Assembly: GCA_052387615.1 (NCBI GenBank)
Contig: JBQTIZ010000003.1
Location: 7,817-71,816 of the forward strand
Length of the DNA: 64,000 nucleotides
Direction of reading: 5' to 3'
From: Candidatus Nitrosotenuis sp.
GTDB taxonomy: Archaea; Thermoproteota; Nitrososphaeria; Nitrososphaerales; Nitrosopumilaceae
Shown here: one piece after another, positions 45,867-56,319 of the stretch
Layout: every line of letters starts with the position of its first letter
Numbering within the stretch: position 1 is the first letter of the stretch
Notes under the pieces: model-generated
Seen by the model: only the letters and a program-made list of their open reading frames with translations
What the model was told of the DNA's origin: nothing
Databases searched by the model: none
Program-made: the position numbers and the translations under genes

Positions 45867-46532
45867 TTATCTAGCGATTTCTGCACGTAAAACTTCGTAT
45901 GCTTTTGATGCGTCTTCTTCTTGTAATACTAGTATGATGTCATCTTGCGAAAAGAAGGCATTCTGCAATTCTATTCCATTATTATGCAGGATTTCTGCTA
46001 CATATGATACCGAGTCTGATTTGCTTTGTTCCTGCGGAATACGAATCTTGATTTTTGCCAATCCCGTACTAAAAAAGTTCTTGGCAGACGGGAACGACTC
46101 AAATATTTTTCTAATGTCTATTAGGTCCTCAGTCAAAACACGAAAAGAAGAATCAGCCATTCTGAAAAATTCATAATCAGAGTCATATTGCTCAAACTTG
46201 TTAAAAAGAGAGGCAGCATCTTTTTTGTCCATGTCGTTTGTAGAAAATTTGATATCCAAAATTCCATCCGTGAGCGAGAGTCTTGCATTTTTCAGAACAG
46301 ACTCTGATCTGATGTCTTCTTTTTCCGCAAAAGAATCTGCATAGCGCTTTATTGCAACAACTATGGTGTTTAGATTAACTGAATTGTCCAGCTGTCGCTC
46401 AACGTCTGGCTGAATTTTTACGGCCAGCGCAGTATAGTTGATGACATCCATCTTCATGCAATCATAAATTGACCTGTTTTTGGTGATAATTTCACGCACG
46501 ACTTCAGGAACAGACAGGTTTGTTGCCCTCAC
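45867..46532 (-). CDS. Hypothetical protein
   Basis: 221-aa ORF. Preferred over the overlapping antisense ORF 45802-46176, which has a poorer composition. Confidence 0.5.
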   Translation of the reverse strand: MRATNLSVPEVVREIITKNRSIYDCMKMDVINYTALAVKIQPDVERQLDNSVNLNTIVVAIKRYADSFAEKEDIRSESVLKNARLSLTDGILDIKFSTNDMDKKDAASLFNKFEQYDSDYEFFRMADSSFRVLTEDLIDIRKIFESFPSAKNFFSTGLAKIKIRIPQEQSKSDSVSYVAEILHNNGIELQNAFFSQDDIILVLQEEDASKAYEVLRAEIAR

Positions 46533-46642
46533 AAGATTATTATCTCATGTCACATATAAGAGCCTTATGTAATAAGGCATACAAAACATCTAAATATTTA
46601 TATAATGTCATAGCTATTACATTTACATAGGTGTTATGACAA

Positions 46643-47140
46643 ATGTTCTTTGATGAAGAATTTGACCGAATCTTCAAGAGAATGTCAAGATCCTTCATGG
46701 ATTTTGACGATGTCTTCGAAGATGTCAAAAGAGAAGGTGGCAAAACCTATGGACCATTCTATTACGGTTATTCAATGACCGTTGGCCCAGACGGCAAACC
46801 ACAGATACAGGAATACGGAAATGTCAGACCTGGTTTGCTTCCAACTGCAGAAACCAGAGAACCATTAATCGACACAATTGTTGATGAAAAAGAAAACCTG
46901 CTCAAGCTAGTTGCAGAAATGCCAGGAGTTGAGAAAAAGGACATCAAGGTTGTAGTCGAGGGAAATGTTGTAAATGTCGACGCAGAACATGGTGAGAAAA
47001 AATACCATGGTACGGTCCCAATCAAAAGAAAGGTAGACCCAGACTCTGTAAAGGCATCCTACACAAATGGAATTCTGGATGTACAGTTCAAGCTTAAAAG
47101 CGAGGACAAACCAAAAGGCAGGACCGTGGAGGTAAACTAA
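46643..47140 (+). CDS. hsp20: Small heat-shock protein (Hsp20/alpha-crystallin family)
   Basis: Alpha-crystallin core 'LKLVAEMPGVEKKDIKVVVEGNVVNVDAEH...ASYTNGILDVQF'. Confidence 0.85.
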   Translation: MFFDEEFDRIFKRMSRSFMDFDDVFEDVKREGGKTYGPFYYGYSMTVGPDGKPQIQEYGNVRPGLLPTAETREPLIDTIVDEKENLLKLVAEMPGVEKKDIKVVVEGNVVNVDAEHGEKKYHGTVPIKRKVDPDSVKASYTNGILDVQFKLKSEDKPKGRTVEVN

Positions 47141-47164
47141 TCCTCCTTTTTTTATGGTGATAAT

Positions 47165-49291
47165 ATGAGCGAGATTATACTAAAAATCGACGAAACAGCA
47201 CAAAGACATGTTGGCAAAGGATTTGCAGTAATTGATCCTAAAATTGTCAAGGAAAACAAGTGGCAGACAGGACAAATCGTAGAAATTTCTGCAAACAAGA
47301 AATCCCATGTCAAGATTTGGCCAGGCCCATCAGAAGATTATGGTTCTGGCATAGTTCGAATTGACGGATTAACAAGGCATAACATTGGTGCAGGGATCGG
47401 AGAAAAGGCCACATTAAAAATTGTAAATGCCGTAGAGGCAGAACAAATCGTTCTATCCCCAATTGAAAAGATTTCTCTTGAAGGATTGCAAGAATACATG
47501 TCCGCATTGTATGAAGGCCATGTCTTTACAACAGGTGATACCATTATAGTGAACACGTCTTTGGGCGGTAAAACCCAACTTATTGTCACAGCCACAACCC
47601 CAACCAAACCTGTAATTGTGAGCCCAGAGACGGTGTTCAAACTTGGCTCTATGACAAAGGCTGTGGACAATTCCATTCCAAGAATTACCTATAATGATTT
47701 AGGAGGCCTCAAAAAAGAGGTTCAAAAGATCCGCGAGATGGTAGAATTGCCAATGCGCCACCCAGAACTGTTCGAAAAGCTAGGCGTAGAGGCTCCAAAA
47801 GGCGTGCTTTTGTATGGTCCTCCAGGAACTGGAAAGACCTTGCTTGCAAAGGCAGTGGCTGGTGAGACAAATTCTCACTTTACGGCGATTTCCGGTCCTG
47901 AAATCATGGGAAAACACTATGGTGAATCAGAAGAAAGGCTGCGAGAGATATTCAAGCAAGCAGAGGAAAACACACCAAGCATAGTATTCATTGATGAAAT
48001 TGACTCCATTGCTCCAAAACGAGACGAGGTAACAGGTGAGCTCGAAAAAAGAATTGTGTCCCAGCTTCTAACATTAATGGATGGAATGAAGTCAAGGGGC
48101 AAAGTCGTAGTGATTGCTGCAACTAACAGACCAGACTCTATTGATCCAGCACTAAGAAGACCGGGACGATTTGACAGAGAAATCGAAATTGGAATCCCAG
48201 ACCAAGAAGGAAGAATGGAAGTCTTGGAAATTCATACGCGTGGAATGCCAATAGATGAGAAAATAGATCTGAAACAGTTTGCCAGAGTAACTCATGGATT
48301 CGTAGGCGCAGACTTGGAATCGCTAACAAAAGAGGCCGCAATGCGTTCTTTGCGAAGAATTTTGCCAGAGATTGATCTACAACAAGAAAAAATTTCTGCA
48401 GAAATTTTGCAGAAAATCAAAATCAGCGAAGAGGATTTCAAAGAAGCACTAAAGGAAGTGAGGCCATCAGCATTACGCGAAGTCCTAGTGCAGGTGCCAA
48501 ATGTAACCTGGGATGATGTTGGCGGATTAGAGTCATTAAAAGAAGAGCTCAAAGAAGCAATAGAATGGCCATTAAAGCACAAAGAGGCATTCCAGCATGT
48601 CAATGTTGTATCGCCAAAGGGAATCTTGTTGTATGGTCCTCCAGGAACTGGAAAAACCTTGATCGCAAAGGCACTTGCAAAAATGACCGAGTCTAATTTC
48701 ATCTCAATCAAAGGACCCGAACTATTATCAAAGTGGGTAGGAGAATCAGAAAAAGGAGTACGTGAGATATTCCGCAAGGCAAGACAGGCAGCACCATGCA
48801 TAATTTTCTTTGACGAAATTGACGCACTAGTTCCAAGAAGAAGCGGCGGAGACTCGTCACATGTATCAGAAAGTGTAGTCTCACAAATCCTAACTGAGAT
48901 CGACGGACTAGAGGAGCTAAATGACGTTCTAATAATTGGCGCCACAAACAGGCTCGACATTGTTGATGAGGCACTACTCAGGCCGGGAAGATTCGACAGA
49001 ATAATTGAGGTACCAAAACCAGACGCAAAAGGAAGAAGACACATCTTGGAAATTCACAGTAAGAAAAAGCCGCTGGACAAGGACATTGACCTATCAAAAA
49101 TAGTAGAAATTACTGATGGATATAGCGGTGCAGAAATTGCAGCAATATGCAACAGAGCAGCAATCTCAGCTCTTAGGCGACACGTAAAAGGTCAGACAAA
49201 AACAGTCAAGGAGATCAAGATAACTCAGCAGGATCTACTTGATGCAGCAGCCAAGATAAAAACAAAAACATCGCTTCCTGCAATAGCCTAG
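47165..49291 (+). CDS. cdc48: CDC48/VCP-type AAA+ ATPase
   Basis: N-domain plus two AAA modules, each with 'GPPGTGKT' and 'DEID'; 708 aa. Confidence 0.95.
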   Translation: MSEIILKIDETAQRHVGKGFAVIDPKIVKENKWQTGQIVEISANKKSHVKIWPGPSEDYGSGIVRIDGLTRHNIGAGIGEKATLKIVNAVEAEQIVLSPIEKISLEGLQEYMSALYEGHVFTTGDTIIVNTSLGGKTQLIVTATTPTKPVIVSPETVFKLGSMTKAVDNSIPRITYNDLGGLKKEVQKIREMVELPMRHPELFEKLGVEAPKGVLLYGPPGTGKTLLAKAVAGETNSHFTAISGPEIMGKHYGESEERLREIFKQAEENTPSIVFIDEIDSIAPKRDEVTGELEKRIVSQLLTLMDGMKSRGKVVVIAATNRPDSIDPALRRPGRFDREIEIGIPDQEGRMEVLEIHTRGMPIDEKIDLKQFARVTHGFVGADLESLTKEAAMRSLRRILPEIDLQQEKISAEILQKIKISEEDFKEALKEVRPSALREVLVQVPNVTWDDVGGLESLKEELKEAIEWPLKHKEAFQHVNVVSPKGILLYGPPGTGKTLIAKALAKMTESNFISIKGPELLSKWVGESEKGVREIFRKARQAAPCIIFFDEIDALVPRRSGGDSSHVSESVVSQILTEIDGLEELNDVLIIGATNRLDIVDEALLRPGRFDRIIEVPKPDAKGRRHILEIHSKKKPLDKDIDLSKIVEITDGYSGAEIAAICNRAAISALRRHVKGQTKTVKEIKITQQDLLDAAAKIKTKTSLPAIA

Positions 49292-49677
49292 GAAAATAAT
49301 TTTTTTATATTTCCTACTTCAATTTTTATCCATTCACAAAACGTTTCCCACATTTGATCAGTTGTTTCTGGCCATTTGAAAAAAGTAAACATCACACCGC
49401 AAGTATTGTCCGAAAACGAAATTACTCTCATAAATGCCGCATTCATTTGATTCTCAGTCGGTCCTGCATAGATGTCAATTATTCCGGATTTTCTATCAGA
49501 ATCGATTCTGACAAATACCTCGCCAAGTGGAGTAATTGCTTTTTTCTTTCCATCAATTATCAGTGTCTTTTTTACAAACCGAGTGCTCCACTTTGGCATA
49601 TTCTCAAAGTTTGATAGAAAATCAAACACCACATCCTTTGGTTTTGACACAACGCATGATTCTGTAACTGATTTCAA
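49288..49677 (-). CDS. SRPBCC/START-like small protein
   Basis: 129 aa. '[20 protein letters not shown]' is typical of the polyketide-cyclase/SRPBCC fold. Weak call. Confidence 0.45.
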   Translation of the reverse strand: MKSVTESCVVSKPKDVVFDFLSNFENMPKWSTRFVKKTLIIDGKKKAITPLGEVFVRIDSDRKSGIIDIYAGPTENQMNAAFMRVISFSDNTCGVMFTFFKWPETTDQMWETFCEWIKIEVGNIKKLFS

Positions 49678-49729
49678 GCTCAGTATCCACTAAAACGCGA
49701 CTAGTAAAAAGAAATTATGATGACTGAGC

Positions 49730-50038
49730 TTAATCGATAAGTTCAGTCCAGCCCTTAACGAAGACTGAATTTTTGTATAGAGGAACTGGTTGACCTACTG
49801 TGAAGTCCATTGGTCTCATCCAGAAGATTGCCTTTGTTGGGCAAACGCCAATGCATGCTCCGTCGGAGATGCATCTTTCTGGGTAAAAGACAAATGCCTT
49901 ACCTCTTTTCCAGCCTTCTACTGGTTTTACTCTGAGTACATCTGGTCCCAGTGTTGTGCAAATTTCAACGCATAGTGCGCATCCAATACACATCTGTTCA
50001 CCAATGTCTGGTAAAATTGCTACTGGCATTTTAATCAA
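49730..50038 (-). CDS. 4Fe-4S ferredoxin-domain protein
   Basis: 'CIGCALCVEIC' (CxxCxxCxxxC) and a second cluster 'CISDGACIGVCP'. Confidence 0.75.
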   Translation of the reverse strand: MIKMPVAILPDIGEQMCIGCALCVEICTTLGPDVLRVKPVEGWKRGKAFVFYPERCISDGACIGVCPTKAIFWMRPMDFTVGQPVPLYKNSVFVKGWTELID

Positions 50039-50145
50039 AATTCCTACCTTTTAGATCTTAATATAATTTCCCTAAAAAATTCGAATTATAACGGCGTTAG
50101 ACAATTTTTAACACTGTTATAAAATTCTGATCGCAATTTTTGAAT

Positions 50146-50763
50146 TTACACTAAATCAAGATCATCAAGCGGTATGGTTGATTTTACAGAATTGTCATGA
50201 TCAACTAATACAAGGTGTAACGTGTCGTTTTGTTTTCTTACTGCAAGCAGATTCATTTTTTGAATTTCAACTACATGTCTTCCAATTCCAGGCAAAAACC
50301 ATCCCTCATCTTTTTTGAATTTTGCAGTGCTGCCAATCACAACTGCAGAATCTGCTTTTTGTGCAACGCTAGCTAAAAGTATTATGATGCTGTTGATGAT
50401 TCTTCCAGAATCTTTTTGGTCAATTAGCGTGGTAAAGAATCCATTTAGCGAGTCAATTAGAACAAGGTGCTGATTTTTTGAGATTTTGTCGAGTGTTTGC
50501 ACTATTGTATCCCTCCAGTTCTCCTTTGGAGACAGCAATTCCAGATTTTCATTATATGGCAAAATGTTTGCAGCCAGATATCCACTGTATAGCAAATCAA
50601 AATCAAAGCATATCACTGGAACGTCCGCTAGCAAGGCAAGCTTGTGAAAAAAATAGGTCTTGGTTATTGAGTCGTCAAAAGATATTGAAGTAAGGTTTTG
50701 CTCAAAGATTGTTTTGCGAATTTTTTCCAAGTTAGCAGATCTATGTTGGTTTTTATGCAACAA
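50146..50763 (-). CDS. Hypothetical protein, possibly a degenerate RecA/KaiC-fold protein lacking Walker A
   Basis: 'HLVLIDSLNGFF' resembles a Walker-B strand, but no GxxGxGK(T/S) motif was found. Confidence 0.3.
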   Translation of the reverse strand: MLHKNQHRSANLEKIRKTIFEQNLTSISFDDSITKTYFFHKLALLADVPVICFDFDLLYSGYLAANILPYNENLELLSPKENWRDTIVQTLDKISKNQHLVLIDSLNGFFTTLIDQKDSGRIINSIIILLASVAQKADSAVVIGSTAKFKKDEGWFLPGIGRHVVEIQKMNLLAVRKQNDTLHLVLVDHDNSVKSTIPLDDLDLV

Positions 50764-50765
50764 GT

Positions 50766-51944
50766 ATGCGTTCTTTTTGTGATATAATAATGAATTTAGA
50801 TAAAGATCTTATCTCTAATTCTTTTGCAAAATCTGAGCGAATCTATCTTAATAATGCCTCGTCGTCTTTGATTCCACTCTCCACAATCAAAGTCATGATT
50901 GATTTTACCATGAGGTACAACGACCTTGGTCCTGACTCGCTTGATTTTGCTGCATTATTGTCACAAAAATCAAATGAATTAAGGCAAACCATTTCCAAGC
51001 TAGTAAAGTGCAAGCCAGAAGAAGTCATACTGACATCAAGCACTACCGAGGGAATCAATGCAGTCGCAAATGGAATCACATTCCCAAAAAACTCTAACAT
51101 CATAATTCGCGGAACAACGCACGAACATCATTCCAATTATTACCCATGGTTGAGACTTGGGAAAAGAGTTGAGCTTCGTTCTCTAATCCATAATACCAAT
51201 GGGTTCTTTGAGATTTCCGAGCTTGAAAAAAAGCTGGACCGAAACACAAAGCTTGTGTCGCTAAGCCATGGATTGTACAATACTGGCGCCATATTACCTG
51301 CACCAGAGATAGGCAAGGTCCTCAACGAAAAAGGAGTTCCATTCTTTTTGGATGCTGCACAAACAATAGGATGTGCAGGAGAGTTTGATTTTGAAAAATC
51401 TGGTGCAGACTTTGTGGCATTTAATGGCTACAAATGGCTTTGCGGGCCAATGGGAATTGGAATTTTTATCTGCAAAAAAGATTCTGCGCCAATGCTTGAG
51501 CCAATGCAGCTTGCAGGAGAGTCTGCAATGATTTATGATAATTCCAGTCTAGCATACAAGGATATTCCAGACAAGTTCCAAGGAGGATTTAGAAACTTTG
51601 CAGCAATTGTTGGATTGCAAAACTCGGTTTCATTTTTGATGGGTCTAGGAATCACAAACATCAGAGAGAAAATAATTAGCCTTGCAAATTTGCTAAGAGA
51701 AGAGATGGTAAAGATCCCAGAAATTACCTTGTATGGTCCAGAGGATGACACCAAGAGGACAAGCATCGTTTCATTTTCCCTCAACAACAAATCGCCGCAG
51801 GAAGTTGTGCAAAGATTAGAGCGTCAAAAAATAGTTCTTGCCGTGCGTGAAATCTCTGATCTCAAAATAATACGCGCCTCGCCACATTTGTTCAATTCTG
51901 AGTCAGAGATTCTAAAACTAGTTGATGCTATAAAGAGACTATAG
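50766..51944 (+). CDS. Class V aminotransferase / cysteine desulfurase-like PLP enzyme
   Basis: PLP-lysine context 'FNGYKWLCGPMG' and 'FFLDAAQ'. Alternative start at 50790. Confidence 0.8.
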   Translation: MRSFCDIIMNLDKDLISNSFAKSERIYLNNASSSLIPLSTIKVMIDFTMRYNDLGPDSLDFAALLSQKSNELRQTISKLVKCKPEEVILTSSTTEGINAVANGITFPKNSNIIIRGTTHEHHSNYYPWLRLGKRVELRSLIHNTNGFFEISELEKKLDRNTKLVSLSHGLYNTGAILPAPEIGKVLNEKGVPFFLDAAQTIGCAGEFDFEKSGADFVAFNGYKWLCGPMGIGIFICKKDSAPMLEPMQLAGESAMIYDNSSLAYKDIPDKFQGGFRNFAAIVGLQNSVSFLMGLGITNIREKIISLANLLREEMVKIPEITLYGPEDDTKRTSIVSFSLNNKSPQEVVQRLERQKIVLAVREISDLKIIRASPHLFNSESEILKLVDAIKRL

Positions 51945-52199
51945 CTTTTCTTGCTCTTCTATTACCATCATGGTAAGAGTAGATTGAACCTTGTCTATTT
52001 TGCGAATCTTGCTTGTGATTATGTTGCGCAAGTGGTCTGAATTGTCCGCCTCGATTTTGACTACAATATCATATATGCCGTAGACTCCTTGGACTTCGGA
52101 CTTGATTCCCTTTTCTACCGCTAGCATTTCTTTGATTTTTGTAATGATTTCTTGGTCCGATCCCAGATCCGAGTTCAATAAAATGAATGCAATAGGCAA
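51939..52199 (-). CDS. Stand-alone Lrp/AsnC ligand-binding (RAM) domain protein
   Basis: 86 aa. 'AFILLNSD...VQGVYGIYDIVVKIEADNSDHLRNII' is the typical RAM-domain pattern. Confidence 0.6.
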   Translation of the reverse strand: MPIAFILLNSDLGSDQEIITKIKEMLAVEKGIKSEVQGVYGIYDIVVKIEADNSDHLRNIITSKIRKIDKVQSTLTMMVIEEQEKL

Positions 52200-52275
52200 T
52201 GTAGAATGTAGTTTGGGTGAGATCTATTTAACATCTTTGATCATTTAGAAATAAAAGTATCAACTAGATAATTTT

Positions 52276-52917
52276 GTGAAAGTACACGATCTCACACTAA
52301 CAATATCAGAAAAAATTCCTGCCTTTCCGGGCTCTCCTGTACCTCATTTCATAGAATGGGCCTCACTTGGCAAAGATGATTACAACATAGAGATGATTTT
52401 TTTGAGTTCTCACACAGGAACTCATATCGATGCGCCATACCATTTTGTAAAGGCTGGCAAAAAAATTCACGAGTTAGACCCATCTCGATTTTTGCAAAAC
52501 GCCATACTAATCAAGATAAGATCAAAGCCAAACCACATTATTACAAAATCCGATATTATGTCATTTGAGAAAAAGCATGGGAAAATCCCAGAAGGTGCAA
52601 CGATTGTTTTTACCACGGGATGGAATGATAATCTGGTAAGGAAGAATTTTTTTGATCAAAATCCTGGCTTGTCAGAATCTGCTGCAAAATATCTGGTATC
52701 AAAAAAGGCAAATCTTGTAGGTATTGACTCGCCTAGCATTGATGTAGGAAATAGCACAAAGTTTGCAGCCCACCATGTTTTGCTCAGGGGAAATGTTCTG
52801 ATTTTAGAGAACTTGTGCAATCTATCCAAGATAAAGACCACGCATTTCAATTTGATTGCAATGCCTCTAAAACTACACAATGCAACAGGCTCGCCAGTAA
52901 GGGCAGTTGCCTTTTAG
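52276..52917 (+). CDS. Putative cyclase / kynurenine formamidase family protein
   Basis: Metal-binding motif 'SSHTGTHIDAPYHF'. GTG start. Confidence 0.75.
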   Translation: MKVHDLTLTISEKIPAFPGSPVPHFIEWASLGKDDYNIEMIFLSSHTGTHIDAPYHFVKAGKKIHELDPSRFLQNAILIKIRSKPNHIITKSDIMSFEKKHGKIPEGATIVFTTGWNDNLVRKNFFDQNPGLSESAAKYLVSKKANLVGIDSPSIDVGNSTKFAAHHVLLRGNVLILENLCNLSKIKTTHFNLIAMPLKLHNATGSPVRAVAF

Positions 52918-53972
52918 ACCACAAACTGAAATCTGCTTTTTTTGTAATTTTTATCGAGGTGTCCTATGATCGGGATTTTGTGTCCGCAAGTCTTGCATTT
53001 GTTGGATTCATCAAGATTCCATGATGTAATGTCAAATCCATATCTTCCAATTGCGACACCGTTGCATCCAGGGCAGTACGTATGTTCGTATTTGTGGCCT
53101 GGAACATTTCCCAAATACACATACTGGAGGCCTTCCTTTTTTGCAATCTCATAGTGTTTTTCAAGTGTTGCAACCGGTGTTGGCGGAAATTCCATCATTT
53201 TATAATCCGGATGGAACCGCAGAAAATGAATTGGCATTTCTGGGCCAAATTCATCATAGATAAACTTGGAAAGCTTTCTTGCATGATCTAGATTATCACC
53301 TACTTGGGGAACAATCAGATCAGTTATCTCTACATGAATTTTTGTAGTGTCACGAATTTCCAATAGAGTATCAAAGATTGGCTTTGGGTCAGGTATTCCA
53401 ATTATTTTTCTTGTAAACTCGGGCTCTGCACTTCCCTTGAAATCAACTGTGATACAGTCCAAAAACTCGTTCATCATCTTAACAGACTGTGGTGTGTCAT
53501 ATCCATTTGAGACAAAAATGTTGAACAGTCCTTTTTTGTGAGCTTCGACTCCACAGTCGCGCGCAAATTCCATGAATATCGATGGTTGGTTGTATGTGTA
53601 CGCTATTCCTTGTGAATTGTGATCTAGTGCCATTTGCACAACTTGTTGCGGCGAGAGATCAGTTCCTTCGACTTTGCGCCTTTGTGAAATATCATTATTC
53701 TGGCAAAACCTGCAAAGCCAGTTGCAGCCAGTAGTTGCTATGGAAAAGATTCTGGTTCCAGGCATGTAGTGGATTACCGGTTTTTTTTCTATAGGGTCAA
53801 CGTTACCCGTGATGACCTTGCCATACACGTACAAGTCCAGCTTTCCGCCTTCGTTTCCGCGAATCCCGCAGAGGCCAATTTGCCCGTCCTTGATTTCGCA
53901 ATATCTGGCACATGCAGTACACCGGACCTTGTCGCCTGGCAACTTTTCATATAGAATTGCTTCTTTGTTCAA
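52914..53972 (-). CDS. Radical SAM enzyme of the AmmeMemoRadiSam type
   Basis: 'VRCTACARYCEI', 'DPIEKKPVIHY' and the CX3CX2C motif 'GCNWLCRFCQN'. C-terminal Zn-ribbon 'CPGC...CKTCGH'. Confidence 0.8.
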   Translation of the reverse strand: MNKEAILYEKLPGDKVRCTACARYCEIKDGQIGLCGIRGNEGGKLDLYVYGKVITGNVDPIEKKPVIHYMPGTRIFSIATTGCNWLCRFCQNNDISQRRKVEGTDLSPQQVVQMALDHNSQGIAYTYNQPSIFMEFARDCGVEAHKKGLFNIFVSNGYDTPQSVKMMNEFLDCITVDFKGSAEPEFTRKIIGIPDPKPIFDTLLEIRDTTKIHVEITDLIVPQVGDNLDHARKLSKFIYDEFGPEMPIHFLRFHPDYKMMEFPPTPVATLEKHYEIAKKEGLQYVYLGNVPGHKYEHTYCPGCNGVAIGRYGFDITSWNLDESNKCKTCGHKIPIIGHLDKNYKKSRFQFVV

Positions 53973-54047
53973 AACCGTATAGTTACGCCATTTTGTAATA
54001 TAAACAGATCTTAGTGTCTAAATATCGATAATTCACAAAAACAACAA

Positions 54048-54545
54048 ATGAGCAAACCGGGAAATCTTTGGCGCAAAATTCACGGCAAGATAACAAAGAG
54101 GCCTACAAACTTTTCATGGCTAATCAATTCCAAGCTAGCAGGCTCTGGAATGCCAACCACCCTAGAGGAGATAAACTGGATAAAAAATCAAGGTGTAAAA
54201 TCAATTGTCACCATGACAGAATATGGCCTGCCGGCAACTTGGATTGACGGAATAGAGTATCTCCATGTTCCAACAGAGGATCTTAGCGCACCAGACATTG
54301 ACAAAATAGACTCTACTGTAAATTATATCGCAGAACGAATCAAAAGTGGCGAGCCGGTAATGGTTCACTGTGCTGCAGGAATCGGCAGAACCGGTACAAT
54401 ACTGGCATGTTATTTGATAAAATACCAAAAAATGTCCGCAAAGGAAGCAATCGCAAAAATACGCAAAGAAAGGCCTGGCTCCATCCAGTCAACATCACAA
54501 GAAACCGCAGTGTCTAGCTATGAAAAATTTCTAAAATCAAGGTAA
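54048..54545 (+). CDS. Dual-specificity protein phosphatase
   Basis: CX5R loop 'VHCAAGIGRTG'. Confidence 0.8.
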   Translation: MSKPGNLWRKIHGKITKRPTNFSWLINSKLAGSGMPTTLEEINWIKNQGVKSIVTMTEYGLPATWIDGIEYLHVPTEDLSAPDIDKIDSTVNYIAERIKSGEPVMVHCAAGIGRTGTILACYLIKYQKMSAKEAIAKIRKERPGSIQSTSQETAVSSYEKFLKSR

Positions 54546-54549
54546 GGAA

Positions 54550-54933
54550 ATGCAGGAAAACATAGAGCTAGTAAAGAAATTTTATTTTCTTTTTGGAAAA
54601 CAAGACAAACAATTCCTTGATCTTTGTGATGACGCCATAGAATGGACCGTCATGAAAAACATGCCAGGTGGCGGAACACATGTAGGCAAAAAGGCAGTAT
54701 TTGACGGATACTTTCCAAAGTTATTTTCAAATTTTGGAGAATTTCACGTAGTTACTGATGAGTTTACAGGTATAGATAATAGAGTAATTGTGCTTGGCAC
54801 ATACAAACTAGTATCTAAATCAAAAAAGAAATTTGATGCACCGTTTGTCCACATTTACACAATCAAAAACAACAAGATAGTAAAATTCAGGCAATACACA
54901 GATACAGTAGAAATCAAAAATGCAATGAGTTAG
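54550..54933 (+). CDS. SnoaL/NTF2-like small protein
   Basis: 127 aa; pattern typical of ketosteroid-isomerase-like folds. Weak call. Confidence 0.45.
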   Translation: MQENIELVKKFYFLFGKQDKQFLDLCDDAIEWTVMKNMPGGGTHVGKKAVFDGYFPKLFSNFGEFHVVTDEFTGIDNRVIVLGTYKLVSKSKKKFDAPFVHIYTIKNNKIVKFRQYTDTVEIKNAMS

Positions 54934-54934
54934 T

Positions 54935-55087
54935 TTATTCTGGAATTGAAATTGTGTCTATTTTTCCATCCACTATTTTGACAAAGAGAAATCTGTTGTC
55001 CTTGAAGATCAGAGTGATTCCGCCTTCGGCGTCTGGCTCTTCTACTTCTAGTACTGGCTGACCCAAAAGCCCGTCGTATTTTGCCAT
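54935..55087 (-). CDS. 50-aa hypothetical ORF
   Basis: Hand translation gives 'MAKYDGLLGQPVLEVEEPDAEGGITLIFKDNRFLFVKIVDGKIDTISIPE'. It fills an otherwise empty gap. Below the ORF-track cut-off. Confidence 0.3.
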   Translation of the reverse strand: MAKYDGLLGQPVLEVEEPDAEGGITLIFKDNRFLFVKIVDGKIDTISIPE

Positions 55088-55117
55088 GTTTTTTTCGGTG
55101 TTTCGTTGTTTATATTT

Positions 55118-55654
55118 TTAATTTATTGTTATTTCGATTTCTTTAGCGCTGTTTTTTGCATCGCCAGAATCTGTAAAATGGTGTTTTTGCCACGAAGTCC
55201 AAGCCTCTCCACCGATTTTGTGTTTGCCAGAACCAAGCTCCGATGCCTTGATTGTTATTTTTTCATCAAAGTCTAGAAATTCAGCTTTTACTTCTTCTTC
55301 TGTTAGCTTGATGAATGGCTCAAAGTTTTTTGCAACCTGCACCCAAACTCGTTTCTCCTGATGTGGATTGACAAGCTTTGGATTTCTGGTCCAGAAAAAT
55401 GATGCCTTGCGATAGGTATCAATTTCTTTGAGATCTTTTTTTCTAAATCCCCCTGAGGAAATCTTGATTCCGTATTTTAGCTTAAACAGATTATCATATT
55501 TGTTGTAAGAGTCCGTCCAGTTTTTCTCATTAAATGAATCTCGCAGTCCGCCCAGAATTTTGAACGCTGCCGTAATTACGATGTCGTCGGATCTTGTGTA
55601 TTCTGCCTTGTCTGCAGTCAATACTATTTCGGAGAGTGTGGTTTCGCTTCCCAT
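55118..55654 (-). CDS. Hypothetical protein
   Basis: 178-aa ORF with no recognisable motif. Confidence 0.45.
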   Translation of the reverse strand: MGSETTLSEIVLTADKAEYTRSDDIVITAAFKILGGLRDSFNEKNWTDSYNKYDNLFKLKYGIKISSGGFRKKDLKEIDTYRKASFFWTRNPKLVNPHQEKRVWVQVAKNFEPFIKLTEEEVKAEFLDFDEKITIKASELGSGKHKIGGEAWTSWQKHHFTDSGDAKNSAKEIEITIN

Positions 55655-55698
55655 GCTTGACGATGATTTATATCCACAATAAGTGGTTTTCCGATAGA

Positions 55699-55980
55699 AT
55701 GAACGTTCAAGTAGTCAAGTCCTCCACAAAAGAGACCGAACTTATTATTCGTGATTCCGACATTGGTACTTTGTACATTGTTCAGCACGAATTACTCAAG
55801 GACTCTCAAGTTGATTTTGCAGGAGTCATACTAAGACATCCATTGACTGCTGAATACAGAATGCGCGTAAATTCATCCAAAGGCAGCTCAATCAAAGAAA
55901 TTGAAAAGGCGGCAAAGTCTGCCATCGAGTCTGCCCAAGAACTAAAGCAGCTAGTTCACTCAAAAGTTAAGGGTGTCTAG
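55699..55980 (+). CDS. rpoL: DNA-directed RNA polymerase subunit L (Rpo11)
   Basis: Start taken at 'MNVQVVKSS...'. 'ELIIRDSDIGTLYIVQHELLKD...FAGVILRHPL' is the RpoL/Rpb11 pattern. Directly upstream of tfs. Confidence 0.75.
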   Translation: MNVQVVKSSTKETELIIRDSDIGTLYIVQHELLKDSQVDFAGVILRHPLTAEYRMRVNSSKGSSIKEIEKAAKSAIESAQELKQLVHSKVKGV

Positions 55981-56277
55981 ATGCAATTTTGCCCCAAGTG
56001 CAACCTGCGGCTAAAAAAAGGTACATGTCAAAAGTGCAGCTATTCTGAAGCTGCAAAACAAGAAACAAAAAAATCAACTACAGATCTTGACAAGTCATTT
56101 ACTGTATTTGATGAAAATGAAGGAAAAGAAACCTTACCAACAATTACAATAGAATGTGAAAAGTGTGGACATGATGAAGCTGTATGGTGGATGCTTCAGA
56201 CAAGATCTGCAGATGAGCCAACAACACAATTTTACCGTTGTTCAAAATGCTCTCACACTTGGCGCAACTATGCCTAG
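55981..56277 (+). CDS. tfs: Transcription factor S (TFS / RpoM-like)
   Basis: N-terminal Zn ribbon 'CPKCN...CQKC' and C-terminal 'CEKCGH...QTRSADEPTTQFYRCSKCSHTW'. Confidence 0.85.
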   Translation: MQFCPKCNLRLKKGTCQKCSYSEAAKQETKKSTTDLDKSFTVFDENEGKETLPTITIECEKCGHDEAVWWMLQTRSADEPTTQFYRCSKCSHTWRNYA

Positions 56278-56319
56278 AATAACGTTTAACTGGCAGAGGC
56301 TAGTCATTTGAATTAGCTT

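Noticed and set aside
48292-49044. A 250-aa antisense ORF inside cdc48. Similar long antisense ORFs occur at 10235-10795 in atpB, 8902-9225 in atpD, 4578-5063 in cheC, 59982-60437 in cobJ, 62473-62823 in the DegT gene, 16733-17092 in amt and 45802-46176.
   Set aside because: In each case the opposite strand encodes a protein with unambiguous family motifs. The antisense translations are low-complexity (Ser/Pro/Ile-rich), as is typical of shadow ORFs.
55594-55698. The N-terminal extension of the rpoL ORF ('MCILPCLQSILFRRVWFRFPCLTMIYIHNKWFSDR').
   Set aside because: It overlaps the 5' end of the divergent gene 55118-55654 and has a non-protein-like composition. The conserved RpoL sequence begins at the ATG at 55699.
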